A DNA stretch of 64,000 bases, taken from assembly GCA_963758495.1 (NCBI GenBank), contig CAVWVI010000003.1, positions 1,408,001-1,472,000 of the forward strand, in the 5' to 3' direction. The DNA is from Oligoflexia bacterium. Its GTDB lineage: Bacteria > Bdellovibrionota > UBA1018. Below are positions 1 through 10,287 of the stretch, in pieces. The position numbers and the translations under genes were made by a program. The notes below the pieces were generated by a model. That model saw only the letters and a program-made list of their open reading frames with translations. It ran no database searches and had not been told where the DNA came from. Positions within the stretch are counted from its first letter, which is position 1, and each line of letters starts with the position of its first letter.

Positions 1-1667
1 TCCAACTGTTTCAGCATGATTCGATAACCCGCCACCTGCTCTAATGAAACAAAGGGATGGATTTTGGAGAACTCAGGCCATGTGATCGGTAGCATTTCAC
101 TGGTAGCATTTAATTTCATGGTACAGGAACCCAAGGGGATCATGGAATGGGCTAAAGAAAGATCTTTGGACTGCAATTTAAAAATATATCTCAACATCTC
201 TGTTTCAGATCGATGAGTATTAAATACAGGATGTTTGAGGTAAGAACTTTTTCTATAATGTGAAGATCGAAATAATTTGGCTTCCTGATGAGGGAGTTCT
301 GCTAATTTAAAATTAAATTTTTTCTGTGCAGGTTGTGCAAATACCTCTAAAAGCTCTTGAATGTCTTCCTCAGAAGTAGTCTCATCTAATGAAATAGTTA
401 AAATTCCTGCATCTAGAACTCTTAAATTGATTTGTCGGGCTCGTGCCTGACCTAAGATCGCCTCCATCTCTTTCTGTCCGACAGAAACCCGCAAGGTATC
501 AAAAAAATAATGATCACCTGTTTCATAGCCCAGACGTTGGAGTCCATCACTCAATAAAGATGCGAGCCGATGAATCCTTTCTGCAATTTTAAAAATACCT
601 TCAGGGCCATGATATACAGCGTACATTGAAGCAATAACCGCCAAGAGAACCTGAGCCGTACAGATATTGCTAGTTGCCTTGTCTCTTCTGATATGTTGCT
701 CACGGGTTTGTAGCGCAAGACGGATCGCTGCCTTTCCGTTTACATCACGAGAGACTCCCACGATACGTCCCGGAAGTTGGCGCTTAAATTCTTCTTTAGT
801 TGCAAAAAATGCGGCATGAGGACCTCCAAACCCGAGAGGAACACCAAAGCGCTGAGAATTTCCAACAGCAATATCGGCTCCCAACTCTCCAGGAGGAGTT
901 AAAAGCGCAAGACTTAAAAGATCCGCCGCCATCACCACCCAACCACCCTGTTGGTGAACTTGATCTATGCATGCCTTGTAATCATGAATGACTCCATCCG
1001 TTGCAGGATATTGAAGAAGAGCACCAAAAATGGATGTATTTCGTTCAAGCTTTCGATGATCACCGACGATGATTGTAATACCCAAAGGCTCTGCACGGGT
1101 TCTCACTACGGCAAGTGTCTGCGGATGACAGCTCTCCGAAACAAAGAATGCTCGATTTAAATCTTTTCCACTCATGGCAAAACACATCGCCATAGCCTCA
1201 GCAGCGGCCGTTCCTTCATCGAGCATCGAGGCATTAGCAACCGGGAATCCCGTTAACTCCATGATCATCGTCTGAAAATTAAGAAGAGCTTCGAGTCGTC
1301 CTTGCGCTATCTCCGCTTGGTAGGGCGTATACTGAGTATACCAACCTGGATTCTCTAGTATATTTCTTTGAATCACAGGTGGGGTGATGCAATCGGCATA
1401 TCCCATTCCAATATACGAGCGATAAACTTGATTCTTTAAGGCTACCTTTTTGAGTTCAGCTAAGACTTCAAACTCACTTCGACTCGGACCTAGTTGTAAT
1501 TTCTGTCGAGTACGAATCTGCTCCGGAACCGTATATGAAACCAGTTCTTCAAGAGATTTTAAACCAAAATATTGGAGCATTTTCTGAATATCATCCTCAC
1601 GGGGTCCTATATGACGATTAACAAATGAGTCTGAATGCTCCAACGACGGTCTTATTTTATGATTCAT
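1..1667 (-). CDS. gcvP: Glycine dehydrogenase (glycine cleavage P protein), 5' part; runs off the window's left edge
   Basis: Missing from the ORF track. Manual translation from ATG 1667 gives [22 protein letters not shown]...YIGMGY...[30 protein letters not shown]...[15 protein letters not shown], which are diagnostic GcvP motifs. Confidence 0.95.
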   Translation of the reverse strand, partial: MNHKIRPSLEHSDSFVNRHIGPREDDIQKMLQYFGLKSLEELVSYTVPEQIRTRQKLQLGPSRSEFEVLAELKKVALKNQVYRSYIGMGYADCITPPVIQRNILENPGWYTQYTPYQAEIAQGRLEALLNFQTMIMELTGFPVANASMLDEGTAAAEAMAMCFAMSGKDLNRAFFVSESCHPQTLAVVRTRAEPLGITIIVGDHRKLERNTSIFGALLQYPATDGVIHDYKACIDQVHQQGGWVVMAADLLSLALLTPPGELGADIAVGNSQRFGVPLGFGGPHAAFFATKEEFKRQLPGRIVGVSRDVNGKAAIRLALQTREQHIRRDKATSNICTAQVLLAVIASMYAVYHGPEGIFKIAERIHRLASLLSDGLQRLGYETGDHYFFDTLRVSVGQKEMEAILGQARARQINLRVLDAGILTISLDETTSEEDIQELLEVFAQPAQKKFNFKLAELPHQEAKLFRSSHYRKSSYLKHPVFNTHRSETEMLRYIFKLQSKDLSLAHSMIPLGSCTMKLNATSEMLPITWPEFSKIHPFVSLEQVAGYRIMLKQL

Positions 1668-1728
1668 GAGAAATTACTCATATCAAACTTTTTTATAAAA
1701 AAAAGCCTTGACGTAAATTCTCATAAAG

Positions 1729-2166
1729 TTGCTTGTGATGTATCGTTCGCTGGGGGTATGTTATTCCGGTAACTTCGATAGCGTAATGCGGGATAACTCA
1801 CTTCAAATGCAAAATAGATCTTTTGATACAAGAACTGCTATTTCTACAGCAAAGACGTCAACTCATAAATCATCTACAGCGAAGGCGACGCCCGCTAAAG
1901 ATGATTTAAGTCGCACATTTAATACAGCTTTAGTTTCAACTCAAGCAGGGGGAAAAAGAGATTTTTCCCATGAGCTTTTTGAGCTCACTCAACAAGCTCC
2001 TTTTAAAGCGATCCTCAGCGCAGTCAGACAGCTCGCTCGAGTTCAAGGAATCGATGAGCGACTCGCTGCAGAACAGGTGATTGAAACCTTTCGCAAAGTG
2101 GATAATGTTTGGAAAGACTATGTCTTTCAAGAAGGACTGGATCGTATTCGTGGACCGAGAAGATAA
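1729..2166 (+). CDS. Hypothetical protein (start uncertain, possibly ATG 1786 or 1807)
   Basis: 145-aa ORF filling the gap between gcvP and the tonB-like gene; helical C-terminus, no recognised family. Confidence 0.55.
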   Translation: MLVMYRSLGVCYSGNFDSVMRDNSLQMQNRSFDTRTAISTAKTSTHKSSTAKATPAKDDLSRTFNTALVSTQAGGKRDFSHELFELTQQAPFKAILSAVRQLARVQGIDERLAAEQVIETFRKVDNVWKDYVFQEGLDRIRGPRR

Positions 2167-2189
2167 TGATTCTGCTCAAGGGATTTTCC

Positions 2190-3029
2190 TTAGGTTTTTA
2201 ATATAAAATCCCAGGGAACTTGAACTTCACGGTTCTGATCAATCATACCCTTAGGTGGATTAGGGAATGGACCTGCTTGATTAAAAGCACCAATAGCAGC
2301 AGCATCTAAATCACTGATACCAGATTCACTCACGAGTTGAACTCGAGTAATTTCTCCGGTTTCATTTAAAAAAACGAGTACTCGAGTGAGGTGCTCCATA
2401 TCACTTGCTAACTTGCGACCCGATCGATGGAACTGTAAAAGCTTTTCTCTAAGAATAGGAATCCAGGCTTGATCTAAACGACTCCTAATTCTTTGAAAAT
2501 ATCCATAATATTTGTACTCTCTTGTATTCAAAGCAGTGCGGTCAGATTCTTTCATACCGTCAACAAAATCCTCTGGACGAGAGCCCAACGTTGCCCAATT
2601 GGGCTGATCCAAATCTGCTTTTGGCGCACGCGGAATAAGAGGTAATCCCAAACTACTGATAGAAGTTGATTTAACGGGTTCATTTACAGACCGATTCAGA
2701 GACTTTTTTGGCATTTTGGGGGTCGATCCCATTGCCGTCATCTTATTTTTACTCACGGTCTCACGATCTACGGTTTGATTTTGCCACCCTAAAAAGGATT
2801 TTGGCTCTGGAGTTGTCACTTTATTGCCAGGAGAGGTCTGTACTATTTTGTTGCGAGTTTTATCTAAGGGCTGCGGCAGTTTCTTCGTCTGCGTAGGAAT
2901 CAAATTGACAAAAAGAGGTGGGTTAACCCGATTTTTGGCTGCTTGCTGCTTTATTATAATTCCACATATTCCAAATACGATGAAGAATAAAACGTGTAGA
3001 ACTATTGATCCGAATAAAAAGCGACGCAG
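2190..3029 (-). CDS. Energy transducer TonB family protein, probable CTG start
   Basis: TonB C-terminal domain (ESGISDLDAAAIGAFNQAGPFPNPP). The frame stays open upstream of the track start to CTG 3029, adding RRFLFGSIVLHVLFFIVFGICGIII (TM anchor with SxxxH). SD AAGGGAG lies 7 nt upstream. Confidence 0.85.
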   Translation of the reverse strand: MRRFLFGSIVLHVLFFIVFGICGIIIKQQAAKNRVNPPLFVNLIPTQTKKLPQPLDKTRNKIVQTSPGNKVTTPEPKSFLGWQNQTVDRETVSKNKMTAMGSTPKMPKKSLNRSVNEPVKSTSISSLGLPLIPRAPKADLDQPNWATLGSRPEDFVDGMKESDRTALNTREYKYYGYFQRIRSRLDQAWIPILREKLLQFHRSGRKLASDMEHLTRVLVFLNETGEITRVQLVSESGISDLDAAAIGAFNQAGPFPNPPKGMIDQNREVQVPWDFILKT

Positions 3030-3077
3030 ACGTCAACTCCCTTGTTAGATGTATTACTACTCTAAAGGGGATCGGTA

Positions 3078-5762
3078 CTATTCCTGATCTTCTTTAAAAA
3101 AATCACTTTGACTCTCAGATTTCATCGGTCCGGTACCGACTGTTTCCGTAGGCTGAGTTCCTTCAACAAAAGCTTCTTTAATTGCAGTAGACGAATTCGG
3201 AGAGGCTAATTTGCCCGAAGTTGCATCAATACTCGCAAAAACAACTCCAGGCGGTACTATAAAATCAGCCTCAGGATAAGATTTAATGGCTTCTTTCATA
3301 AAGCTAAGCCAAATAGGAAGGGCCGCTCGTGCTCCGGTTTCTAATGGCCCAATACTTTTTTGATTATCAAATCCAACCCATACACCAGTCACTACTTGGG
3401 GAGTAAATCCCATAAACCATGCATCTAAATAATCATTCGTAGTTCCAGTCTTACCCGCGGACATACGACCCAGATTCTGAGCACCATGTCCGGTTCCAAA
3501 TGTAACCACCTCTTTCATGAGATGGGTCATCACAAAAGCAATACGTGGGTCTAACACTTGACTAGGATCGTCTGGCAACGGGTAAGTAGGAAAGACCACC
3601 TTAGAAGAAACGGGCTGCACCTGGTTTTGCGCCTGGTCAATACTGCCAGAAACCTTGGTATTGGTATTGGTATCGGTATCGATATCCGACTTGGAACTGA
3701 CAGGGATTTGCTTTTCAAGTGACAATGGCCGAAGGTCTGCCTCTTCCAAAACTTGACCTTCTCTACTCATTACCTTTGAAATAAAAATAGGAGTCACTTT
3801 TTTACCTAGCCTAGGGAAAAGAGCATAAGTACGGGTCAAGTCGATCAGCGACATCGAAGCACTCCCTAGAGCGATGGATAAATCTGCGTTGAGCTGAACA
3901 TTCATACCCAGTCGTTTTGCATACTCAATCACATAGGGCACTTGAACAGCTTGAAGAATTTTAATGGTTGGAATATTTCTGGACTTAATGAGGGCTTGTC
4001 TAAAAATAGTATCACCATAAAATTTTTCTTCAAAATTGCTCGGCTTCCAAGAACCTATTCCGTCAGAATCTCTAAAAACGATGGGAGAATCTAAGATGAC
4101 AGAGGCAGGAGTAAATCCTTTTTCTAATGCTGATGAATAAATAATGGGCTTAAAGGCAGACCCCACCTGTCGAATCGCTTGAGTCGCGCGATTGAATTCT
4201 GATTTATCAAAATCATAACCTCCTACCATTGCCAAGACACTACCGGTTTTTACATCAATCGAAAGAAGACTTCCTTGCACTACAGGCTCTTGCTCAAGAG
4301 CTACTTTTACAGGTCCATTGGGTTCTAAGTCACTTCCACTCCCTGCCAAACTCACCCAAATCACATCACCTTTTTTGAAAACATTTGACGGCAAACTAGG
4401 CTCGAAGCGTGGGGTCTGGGGATTTTTGTCATTACGGGGAGCCTTTGCCCAACGCATTTGATCAATGGATAACTCTCCTTGAATAGCACCTATCATCACA
4501 TGTGCAGTTTTATTTCGATTATCGAAGCTAGTCACCACCGCTTGATACATTTGATCTGGCTCAAGAAGTTCAGCGTCTGATTGCATCCCCGCAAAATGCA
4601 TCGCCTCAATCGAGTCCAGGCGACCATCTGGCAGAAATAATTTAAAATGAAGTCTATTCTCAATTAAGGCTATTCTCGACTCCTTAAGAAAATTCTCAAT
4701 TTCCTTTGTGTTATTGAGAAATTTAATGGGCCCCCGATAGCCATTCCGTTTATCAATAGCAAGAAGACCATCACGAACCGCTTTCTTTGCAGCGAGAGAA
4801 AGTTCCGCATTGGTCGGGACCGTAACGGTTAAGCCCTCTTCATAAACTGCCTTCTCTCCATATTTTTCAACTAAATATTTTCTAATATGCTCTACATAAT
4901 AAGGAGCAAATCGATTATTCAGATCATCCCCATGAAAAATTTTCAGGGATTGGGCCGCTGCTTCTTTCATTTGCGCTTGCGTAATATATTTATTATCAAC
5001 CATACGACGTAAAACATAGAGTTGACGTTCTTTTGCCTTCTTTGGACTTAAAAGTGGACTATATTTACCTGGCGCCTGTGGCATTCCGGCAAGAAGTGCT
5101 GATTCCGCTAAGGTGATTTCGGAAATATCTTTTCCGAAATAGGTCCTACTTGCTGATTGAACCCCATAGGCACCATGTCCTAAATAGATTTGATTCAAAT
5201 ATAAATAAAGGATCTGCTGTTTAGTTAGATTTTTTTCAATTCTGTTAGCTAAGATTAATTCCTTAATTTTTCTATCTAGACTTTTTTCTCTTTGTTCCGA
5301 GATCAATAAAAGTGACTTCGCAACCTGTTGGGTAATCGTACTACCACCCTGTACGACACGACCCGCTTTAAAATTAGCTATTCCAGCCCGTATAATGCTA
5401 AAAACATTTACGCCAGGGTGTTCAAAGAATCGATCATCTTCCGCAGAAACAAATGCCTTAACTATACTGTCAGGAATTTTGTCATAGGGGATGAGATAAC
5501 GGCGCTCTTTAAAAAACTCACCTATTTCTGCTTCCCCTTTTCCACCCGTGCCAAACACTTGAGTGACACCTAAGGGATGGTAATCTGCTACGGTAATAAT
5601 TTTTGGTAAATTACGGGAGAAATACCAGTAAATTCCAGTTGCACCTACCATAGCTAAAAGTGTTCCAGCCACCAATGAAATAAAAAAAGCTTTCACAATC
5701 CAATCGCTCTCTTTTTGTTTTAAAGAGCTAGGCTCCATCCTCTTTTGAGAATCCATTCTCAT
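3078..5762 (-). CDS. mrcA: Penicillin-binding protein 1A (transglycosylase/transpeptidase)
   Basis: EDDRFFEHPG and GGSTITQQVAK transglycosylase motifs; SAFK, SRN and KTGTT transpeptidase motifs; N-terminal TM. Confidence 0.93.
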   Translation of the reverse strand: MRMDSQKRMEPSSLKQKESDWIVKAFFISLVAGTLLAMVGATGIYWYFSRNLPKIITVADYHPLGVTQVFGTGGKGEAEIGEFFKERRYLIPYDKIPDSIVKAFVSAEDDRFFEHPGVNVFSIIRAGIANFKAGRVVQGGSTITQQVAKSLLLISEQREKSLDRKIKELILANRIEKNLTKQQILYLYLNQIYLGHGAYGVQSASRTYFGKDISEITLAESALLAGMPQAPGKYSPLLSPKKAKERQLYVLRRMVDNKYITQAQMKEAAAQSLKIFHGDDLNNRFAPYYVEHIRKYLVEKYGEKAVYEEGLTVTVPTNAELSLAAKKAVRDGLLAIDKRNGYRGPIKFLNNTKEIENFLKESRIALIENRLHFKLFLPDGRLDSIEAMHFAGMQSDAELLEPDQMYQAVVTSFDNRNKTAHVMIGAIQGELSIDQMRWAKAPRNDKNPQTPRFEPSLPSNVFKKGDVIWVSLAGSGSDLEPNGPVKVALEQEPVVQGSLLSIDVKTGSVLAMVGGYDFDKSEFNRATQAIRQVGSAFKPIIYSSALEKGFTPASVILDSPIVFRDSDGIGSWKPSNFEEKFYGDTIFRQALIKSRNIPTIKILQAVQVPYVIEYAKRLGMNVQLNADLSIALGSASMSLIDLTRTYALFPRLGKKVTPIFISKVMSREGQVLEEADLRPLSLEKQIPVSSKSDIDTDTNTNTKVSGSIDQAQNQVQPVSSKVVFPTYPLPDDPSQVLDPRIAFVMTHLMKEVVTFGTGHGAQNLGRMSAGKTGTTNDYLDAWFMGFTPQVVTGVWVGFDNQKSIGPLETGARAALPIWLSFMKEAIKSYPEADFIVPPGVVFASIDATSGKLASPNSSTAIKEAFVEGTQPTETVGTGPMKSESQSDFFKEDQE

Positions 5763-6802
5763 GGGTTGCCACTCCTTTCAGAGTCGATTTCAGGCAATCC
5801 CACTAAACGTCGGATTTCTGAAATATTTTTAATGATCGCCCTTTTACCTTGAAACGCGGCATCAGTTCTTTTTTGAAAGTCCATATAACCTATTCCAAAA
5901 ACATTGGGTCTGATCACCAGATCAGCTTGTTTAAGCTCATCTAAAGCGGGCGCCTCATCAGCACTATTCAAAACATCAACTACGATAATAGGCCCCATTC
6001 CCAAATTCTTTGCCTCAGTAATCAGGAAAGGGCGAGTACTTCCTGCAGACACACCTTCGCCTGGATTGTCATTACGTGGGTTATCATTACCCTGATTGGC
6101 GTTATCTAAAAGATCTCCTGGCGTAAAAACTTCTGGATTAGCAATTGCTGCACGAATAATTTGGGTCACTTTGCCATGATCTAAAACGACAGGAACTCCG
6201 GATTCTTTATTTTGGATTGCGATACGAATTGGAATTTTCGCTTCGCTTAAATCTTTATTTTTAAATATTTGTTTGAGTTGTTCTTCTAGTTTTTTGCCAT
6301 CTGACAGATTACTTTTACTATTTGAAAAAAATTTCTTTGGACTACGAAAGAGACTTTCTTTAAAACTCAACAAGCCCCACTCAAACTGATTAATACTACT
6401 ACTCATCGCATACAGCGTCCCAACGAGACTCCCCATTTCGGTAGCTAAAATAGCGCCGACAGGAATCTTCGCATCTTCTAAAGCCTGAAATACACCGACA
6501 TAAGCAAAACCACGCGCCAATCCAGGGCCCAGCACTAATATGACAGGTCGGAGCTTCACAGGTTCGGGCCCGTACGTGGGAGAAATCATGGACGCAGGGG
6601 GGCCGTATGAATCAGGAGAATGAGTAGAATCTCCTGGATCTCTTGGACCAGCTGGATCTCCGGGTTCAGCGACTCCTGTTGCACCTACGAGAGGAATAGG
6701 AATTGAATTTGGCGGATGAGGTGAGATCGTAGGCTTTTGCGCCGTTGCACACCCTTGTCCAACAAGAATACATAAAAAAAAGATTAAAATATTAATTCGC
6801 AT
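5759..6802 (-). CDS. Patatin-like lipoprotein with degenerate catalytic motifs
   Basis: Likely start MRINILIFF (6802) with lipobox-like LVGQGC; LVLGPGLARGFAYVGV and ILATEMGSLVG align with the patatin Gly-rich and GxSxG motifs; C-terminal ADLVIRP. Confidence 0.75.
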   Translation of the reverse strand: MRINILIFFLCILVGQGCATAQKPTISPHPPNSIPIPLVGATGVAEPGDPAGPRDPGDSTHSPDSYGPPASMISPTYGPEPVKLRPVILVLGPGLARGFAYVGVFQALEDAKIPVGAILATEMGSLVGTLYAMSSSINQFEWGLLSFKESLFRSPKKFFSNSKSNLSDGKKLEEQLKQIFKNKDLSEAKIPIRIAIQNKESGVPVVLDHGKVTQIIRAAIANPEVFTPGDLLDNANQGNDNPRNDNPGEGVSAGSTRPFLITEAKNLGMGPIIVVDVLNSADEAPALDELKQADLVIRPNVFGIGYMDFQKRTDAAFQGKRAIIKNISEIRRLVGLPEIDSERSGNP

Positions 6803-6843
6803 TTTTAGTTCGCATTTAATTTCGCATTTAATTTCGCATTTTA
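6794..6843 (-). repeat. About 12-bp tandem repeat (AAATGCGAA-core x4) covering the patatin-like start codon
   Basis: Minus strand reads AAATGCGAAATT AAATGCGAAATT AAATGCGAACTAA AAATGCGAATT. Confidence 0.85.
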
Positions 6844-6852
6844 ACGATGATC

Positions 6853-7587
6853 TCAGCGTAATTTCCAATGAGCGAGAAACTCCTTATTTCCTTCAGTGCC
6901 CATGATCGGAGATTCTATCAAGCCGCACCGAATCAATCCAAGAGATTCTCCAAATCGGGACACGCGATCCACCGCTTCTTGTCGATCGATTTCGGAAGTC
7001 ACAATGCCACCTTTACCGACTTTCTCTTTCCCCACCTCAAATTGAGGCTTGATTAATGTAATCCAATCTGTCGAAGGGAGTGAGAATTGTAACAAGGCTG
7101 GTAAAATTTTCTCCACGGAAATAAAGGAAACATCCATGACAATCAAGTCAACTTTTTCCCCGATTTGCTCAAACTCCATATATCTTGCATTCACTTTTTC
7201 TTTCACGATAACACGTGCGTCATTTCTCAGAAGCCAATCCATTTGATTGTGTCCTACATCAATTGCATGAACACGCTTCACTTGACGCAATAAGAGGACA
7301 TGAGTAAATCCCCCGGTTGATGCCCCAATATCCAATGCGACTTTTCCGGTCACATCAATTTTAAATGTATCTAAGGCCGCTTGTAATTTTAAACCCCCTC
7401 TAGAAACATAGGGGTGATCTGACCCACGAATGCGAATATTTACGGATTCAGAAACTGAATGACCCGGCTTTACTGCTGGATGATCATCGACTAAGACTTT
7501 CCCCGCCAGGATGAGACTTTGGGCCCTTGCACGCGTGGGAGCCAAGCCTTTCTCAACTAAGAGCTGATCTAGCCGCTTCTTTACCAT
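6853..7587 (-). CDS. tlyA: TlyA family rRNA methyltransferase
   Basis: MVKKRLDQLL S4 start; YVSRGGLKL, LDIGASTGGFT, DVSFIS, LIKPQFE motifs. Confidence 0.95.
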   Translation of the reverse strand: MVKKRLDQLLVEKGLAPTRARAQSLILAGKVLVDDHPAVKPGHSVSESVNIRIRGSDHPYVSRGGLKLQAALDTFKIDVTGKVALDIGASTGGFTHVLLLRQVKRVHAIDVGHNQMDWLLRNDARVIVKEKVNARYMEFEQIGEKVDLIVMDVSFISVEKILPALLQFSLPSTDWITLIKPQFEVGKEKVGKGGIVTSEIDRQEAVDRVSRFGESLGLIRCGLIESPIMGTEGNKEFLAHWKLR

Positions 7588-7621
7588 TATTTTGAGTATG
7601 ATTCTGTTTTGGAGTTTTAGC

Positions 7622-7903
7622 TCAGTTTTTTTGATTCCCAAAAGGCTGGAGTTCAGAATGACCTTCTGCATTAGGTTTCATGAGTATTTCCACTCGCTGT
7701 TCAGCAGAACTTAAATACTCCTGGCAAACCCGAGTGAGCCTGACACCATCCTCAAACTGCTTTAAGGACTGCTCTAAACTTAATTCGCCACTTTCTAATC
7801 GCTTAACGGCCACCTGGAGCTGCTCAAGGGCTCCTTCAAATGTTGGCTTTTCTGGGGCTGAATTTGGATTTGGATTTGAACTTGAATCTGGCAAAGTACT
7901 CAT
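7622..7903 (-). CDS. xseB: Exodeoxyribonuclease VII small subunit
   Basis: TFEGALEQL...LESGELSLEQSLKQFEDGVRL...AEQRVEIL. Confidence 0.93.
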   Translation of the reverse strand: MSTLPDSSSNPNPNSAPEKPTFEGALEQLQVAVKRLESGELSLEQSLKQFEDGVRLTRVCQEYLSSAEQRVEILMKPNAEGHSELQPFGNQKN

Positions 7904-7972
7904 ATTGCAAACAGTCCTATCATGACCGAATAAAAGCTCAAGGGGTTCCTTTTTTGGTTTTCTAGCGAAACT

Positions 7973-9583
7973 CTAATACGGTCCCACCACATTGATCACT
8001 CCGGGCGAAGACACATTTAACTCTGACCAAATTACATTTTTATTTTCATCGGTAACTTGAGTCACGACAGGACCTTCTGGAATCTCAACTCCTAAAAATC
8101 GATTTGAGTCCCCTATAAGCGGGGAATTCACATGAAGATCATTTTCTGGTGAAAACGTATAGGTCTCTGGCACTAATGAAGTAGAAGAGGGAATCGATCG
8201 GACACTGGGAATAAAAGGATAACCAGGATGGCTATTCACTAAATGAGGCAACGCAGCAACTACCACTCCACTCGATGAACTCACCCCTCCCTCAAGCTGA
8301 CCTAAATAATCTCGGATCTGCCAAGAAGGAATGCGAAATAGGGAGACCTGATCCATATTTCCTGGAGCCATTCGATAACGATGCGTAAAGCCAGTGCTCC
8401 CTTTATCCGTTTCTATAAAAAATGGATAATCACTGAAAGTCAGTACGTTATCCAGTGCAAAAGCACCTACTGGATCTGTACTCGTAACGGCAGACGCTTG
8501 CCCAATGACTCTCACGATTACATTTTTTAGATAATTTGCCTCTCCAGAGGGTCTGTTATTCACACTCAAGACCTTCCCAGTCAAGCTACTACTAGTAATC
8601 TCAGTCAAATCCAAATAAGTCGCTGTCCCTGCCATAACAGGAAAAGTGACAGCTCCGGTACCATAACCTGTTCTCGAAGTGAGATAAATTAACTGGGCCC
8701 CTGGCGCAGCATTTAACATCACAAAATAGCCACCCATTTTCGAGCTGTAATCAGCTCTTGGAGGATCTTGATTATCCAAAAAAAGAGGATGTTCTGCTCG
8801 CCCTGAAAACTCTACATCCCATCCACTTGGAAATTTTCCAAAAACTATTCCTGTCTGGGATTGGAGAGTCACTCCTGCTAGTCTTGCGAGTGTTAACGCG
8901 GTGTTATTTGAAAGAAGGGGAACTACATCTGACTCGCTGGGCTGCAAATTACTCCAACTCACTGTAGACCAATGAGAGGGGGCAATCGATACTTGCCAGC
9001 CTTTTGAACCTTCTTGAGTAATCCACTCGGCCTTAACATCTTCAATTTTTATATTGGATTGAAAGGCTTCTACAAAGGGAGCTAAAGAGACATTTTCTTG
9101 AGCACTGGTGGGTGTTACTGGATCCTCTGTGGGATTCTGGGGATGCGCGGCTGTCAGAGTTAATGGGGCACTTTCTGGCTGAGTATTCTCTGAAACTTTT
9201 TGAGTTTCCATTGCAAGCACGGCGGGTACAACCGTGATGGGTGCTACTAATCTACGCTGTTGAAATCGAGTAAAAACGGAACGAGGTACACCCGCAAGAA
9301 TAGGGTCTCCCTTTGTGTTAAACTGAGCAACTAAACTCTCGTAACTGATTTGCTGCGGAATCCACCCATATCTAAAATGAGCATCATCTTGAAGCATCGC
9401 AAGATGTTTACCTAAAGACTCAAATTCTTGATTTGCTAAGATATGATGAAGCTCAGTGAGGGTATCATCTGATTGATCAACTACTGTCAAAGTCGGGAGG
9501 GTAACAGCAAATGCCTCTGTTGGTATCATTAAACGTAAAGCAAGTAGCAGATTAAGTAATTGTAATTCTTTCTTTTTGCTCAA
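7973..9583 (-). CDS. Hypothetical exported protein, beta-rich C-terminal half
   Basis: 536-aa ORF with signal-peptide-like N-terminus (AFA). Confidence 0.7.
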   Translation of the reverse strand: MSKKKELQLLNLLLALRLMIPTEAFAVTLPTLTVVDQSDDTLTELHHILANQEFESLGKHLAMLQDDAHFRYGWIPQQISYESLVAQFNTKGDPILAGVPRSVFTRFQQRRLVAPITVVPAVLAMETQKVSENTQPESAPLTLTAAHPQNPTEDPVTPTSAQENVSLAPFVEAFQSNIKIEDVKAEWITQEGSKGWQVSIAPSHWSTVSWSNLQPSESDVVPLLSNNTALTLARLAGVTLQSQTGIVFGKFPSGWDVEFSGRAEHPLFLDNQDPPRADYSSKMGGYFVMLNAAPGAQLIYLTSRTGYGTGAVTFPVMAGTATYLDLTEITSSSLTGKVLSVNNRPSGEANYLKNVIVRVIGQASAVTSTDPVGAFALDNVLTFSDYPFFIETDKGSTGFTHRYRMAPGNMDQVSLFRIPSWQIRDYLGQLEGGVSSSSGVVVAALPHLVNSHPGYPFIPSVRSIPSSTSLVPETYTFSPENDLHVNSPLIGDSNRFLGVEIPEGPVVTQVTDENKNVIWSELNVSSPGVINVVGPY

Positions 9584-9754
9584 GTTAAGACCCTCGTTTC
9601 GATATCTACCTAAAAACTGTTCGGTAGCAAAATTTTTTGTCTTAATTTTTTACATTTATTTCGCAGTGCGTTCATGACTTGATTTAGCTTGAGTCCTTCC
9701 TAGACTTGTCGCGCCTTCTATTATGCTAAGGGCTAACAATTAAAATAACAAGGA

Positions 9755-9782
9755 TTTCTAAGCTGCCTGTGCGGCAGCGAAC
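9755..9782 (-). CRISPR. Solitary type I-F (Csy4/Cas6f-type) CRISPR repeat; no array and no cas genes in window
   Basis: Minus strand GTTCGCTGCCGCACAGGCAGCTTAGAAA (28 nt), about one substitution from the canonical I-F repeat GTTCACTGCCGCACAGGCAGCTTAGAAA as recalled; CTGCC/GGCAG stem and CTTAGAAA handle intact. Confidence 0.85.
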
Positions 9783-9813
9783 TAACGTAACTACTTACTT
9801 AAATTCTAGCGGT

Positions 9814-10287
9814 CTAACCCAGTTTTTGATGGAGACAACATCGTTTATATTTTTTTCCGCTACCACAGGGGCAAGGGGCATTCCTAGGCACTTCCTGATT
9901 GACGGAAGCTTGAAATAGAGAGGTAGTGAGTGGAATGACCTTAGGTGGCGAAGGCTCTTGCTGCCTTGGAGGTTCTGCCTTTGTGGATGCAACTTCCACT
10001 TCGACATCTTTTGGTTCTGCTCGAGTCAGTAAAGAAGGCGATACACGCCAGTGATGGCCATCCTCAGCACAAAGGCTTACGCTTTTACGATTTAGTCGAA
10101 GAATGGTGCCAGTAACCTTCTTTCCGAGTTCTGAAGTAAAGCTGACCTTGTCTCCTGGTTGCAAGTCCAACATCTGATGGTGGGCCTTCGCATCTCTGAT
10201 GAATCGGAGCCTTTCAATAACTTTTCTATTCAGTTCGATCAGCTCTTCTTCGGAAAATAACGTGAGATCTATTTTTAGAGTAGACAT
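9814..10287 (-). CDS. SEC-C motif protein (N-terminal SH3/KOW-like domain plus C-terminal zinc motif)
   Basis: C-terminal PRNAPCPCGSGKKYKRCC. Confidence 0.85.
   Translation of the reverse strand: MSTLKIDLTLFSEEELIELNRKVIERLRFIRDAKAHHQMLDLQPGDKVSFTSELGKKVTGTILRLNRKSVSLCAEDGHHWRVSPSLLTRAEPKDVEVEVASTKAEPPRQQEPSPPKVIPLTTSLFQASVNQEVPRNAPCPCGSGKKYKRCCLHQKLG

Noticed and set aside
1668..1800. Glycine riboswitch upstream of gcvP
   Set aside because: Short AT-rich region with no recognisable aptamer.
9695..9722. Degenerate second I-F repeat one spacer away from the solitary repeat
   Set aside because: No CTGCC/GGCAG stem or handle; similarity is at chance level.
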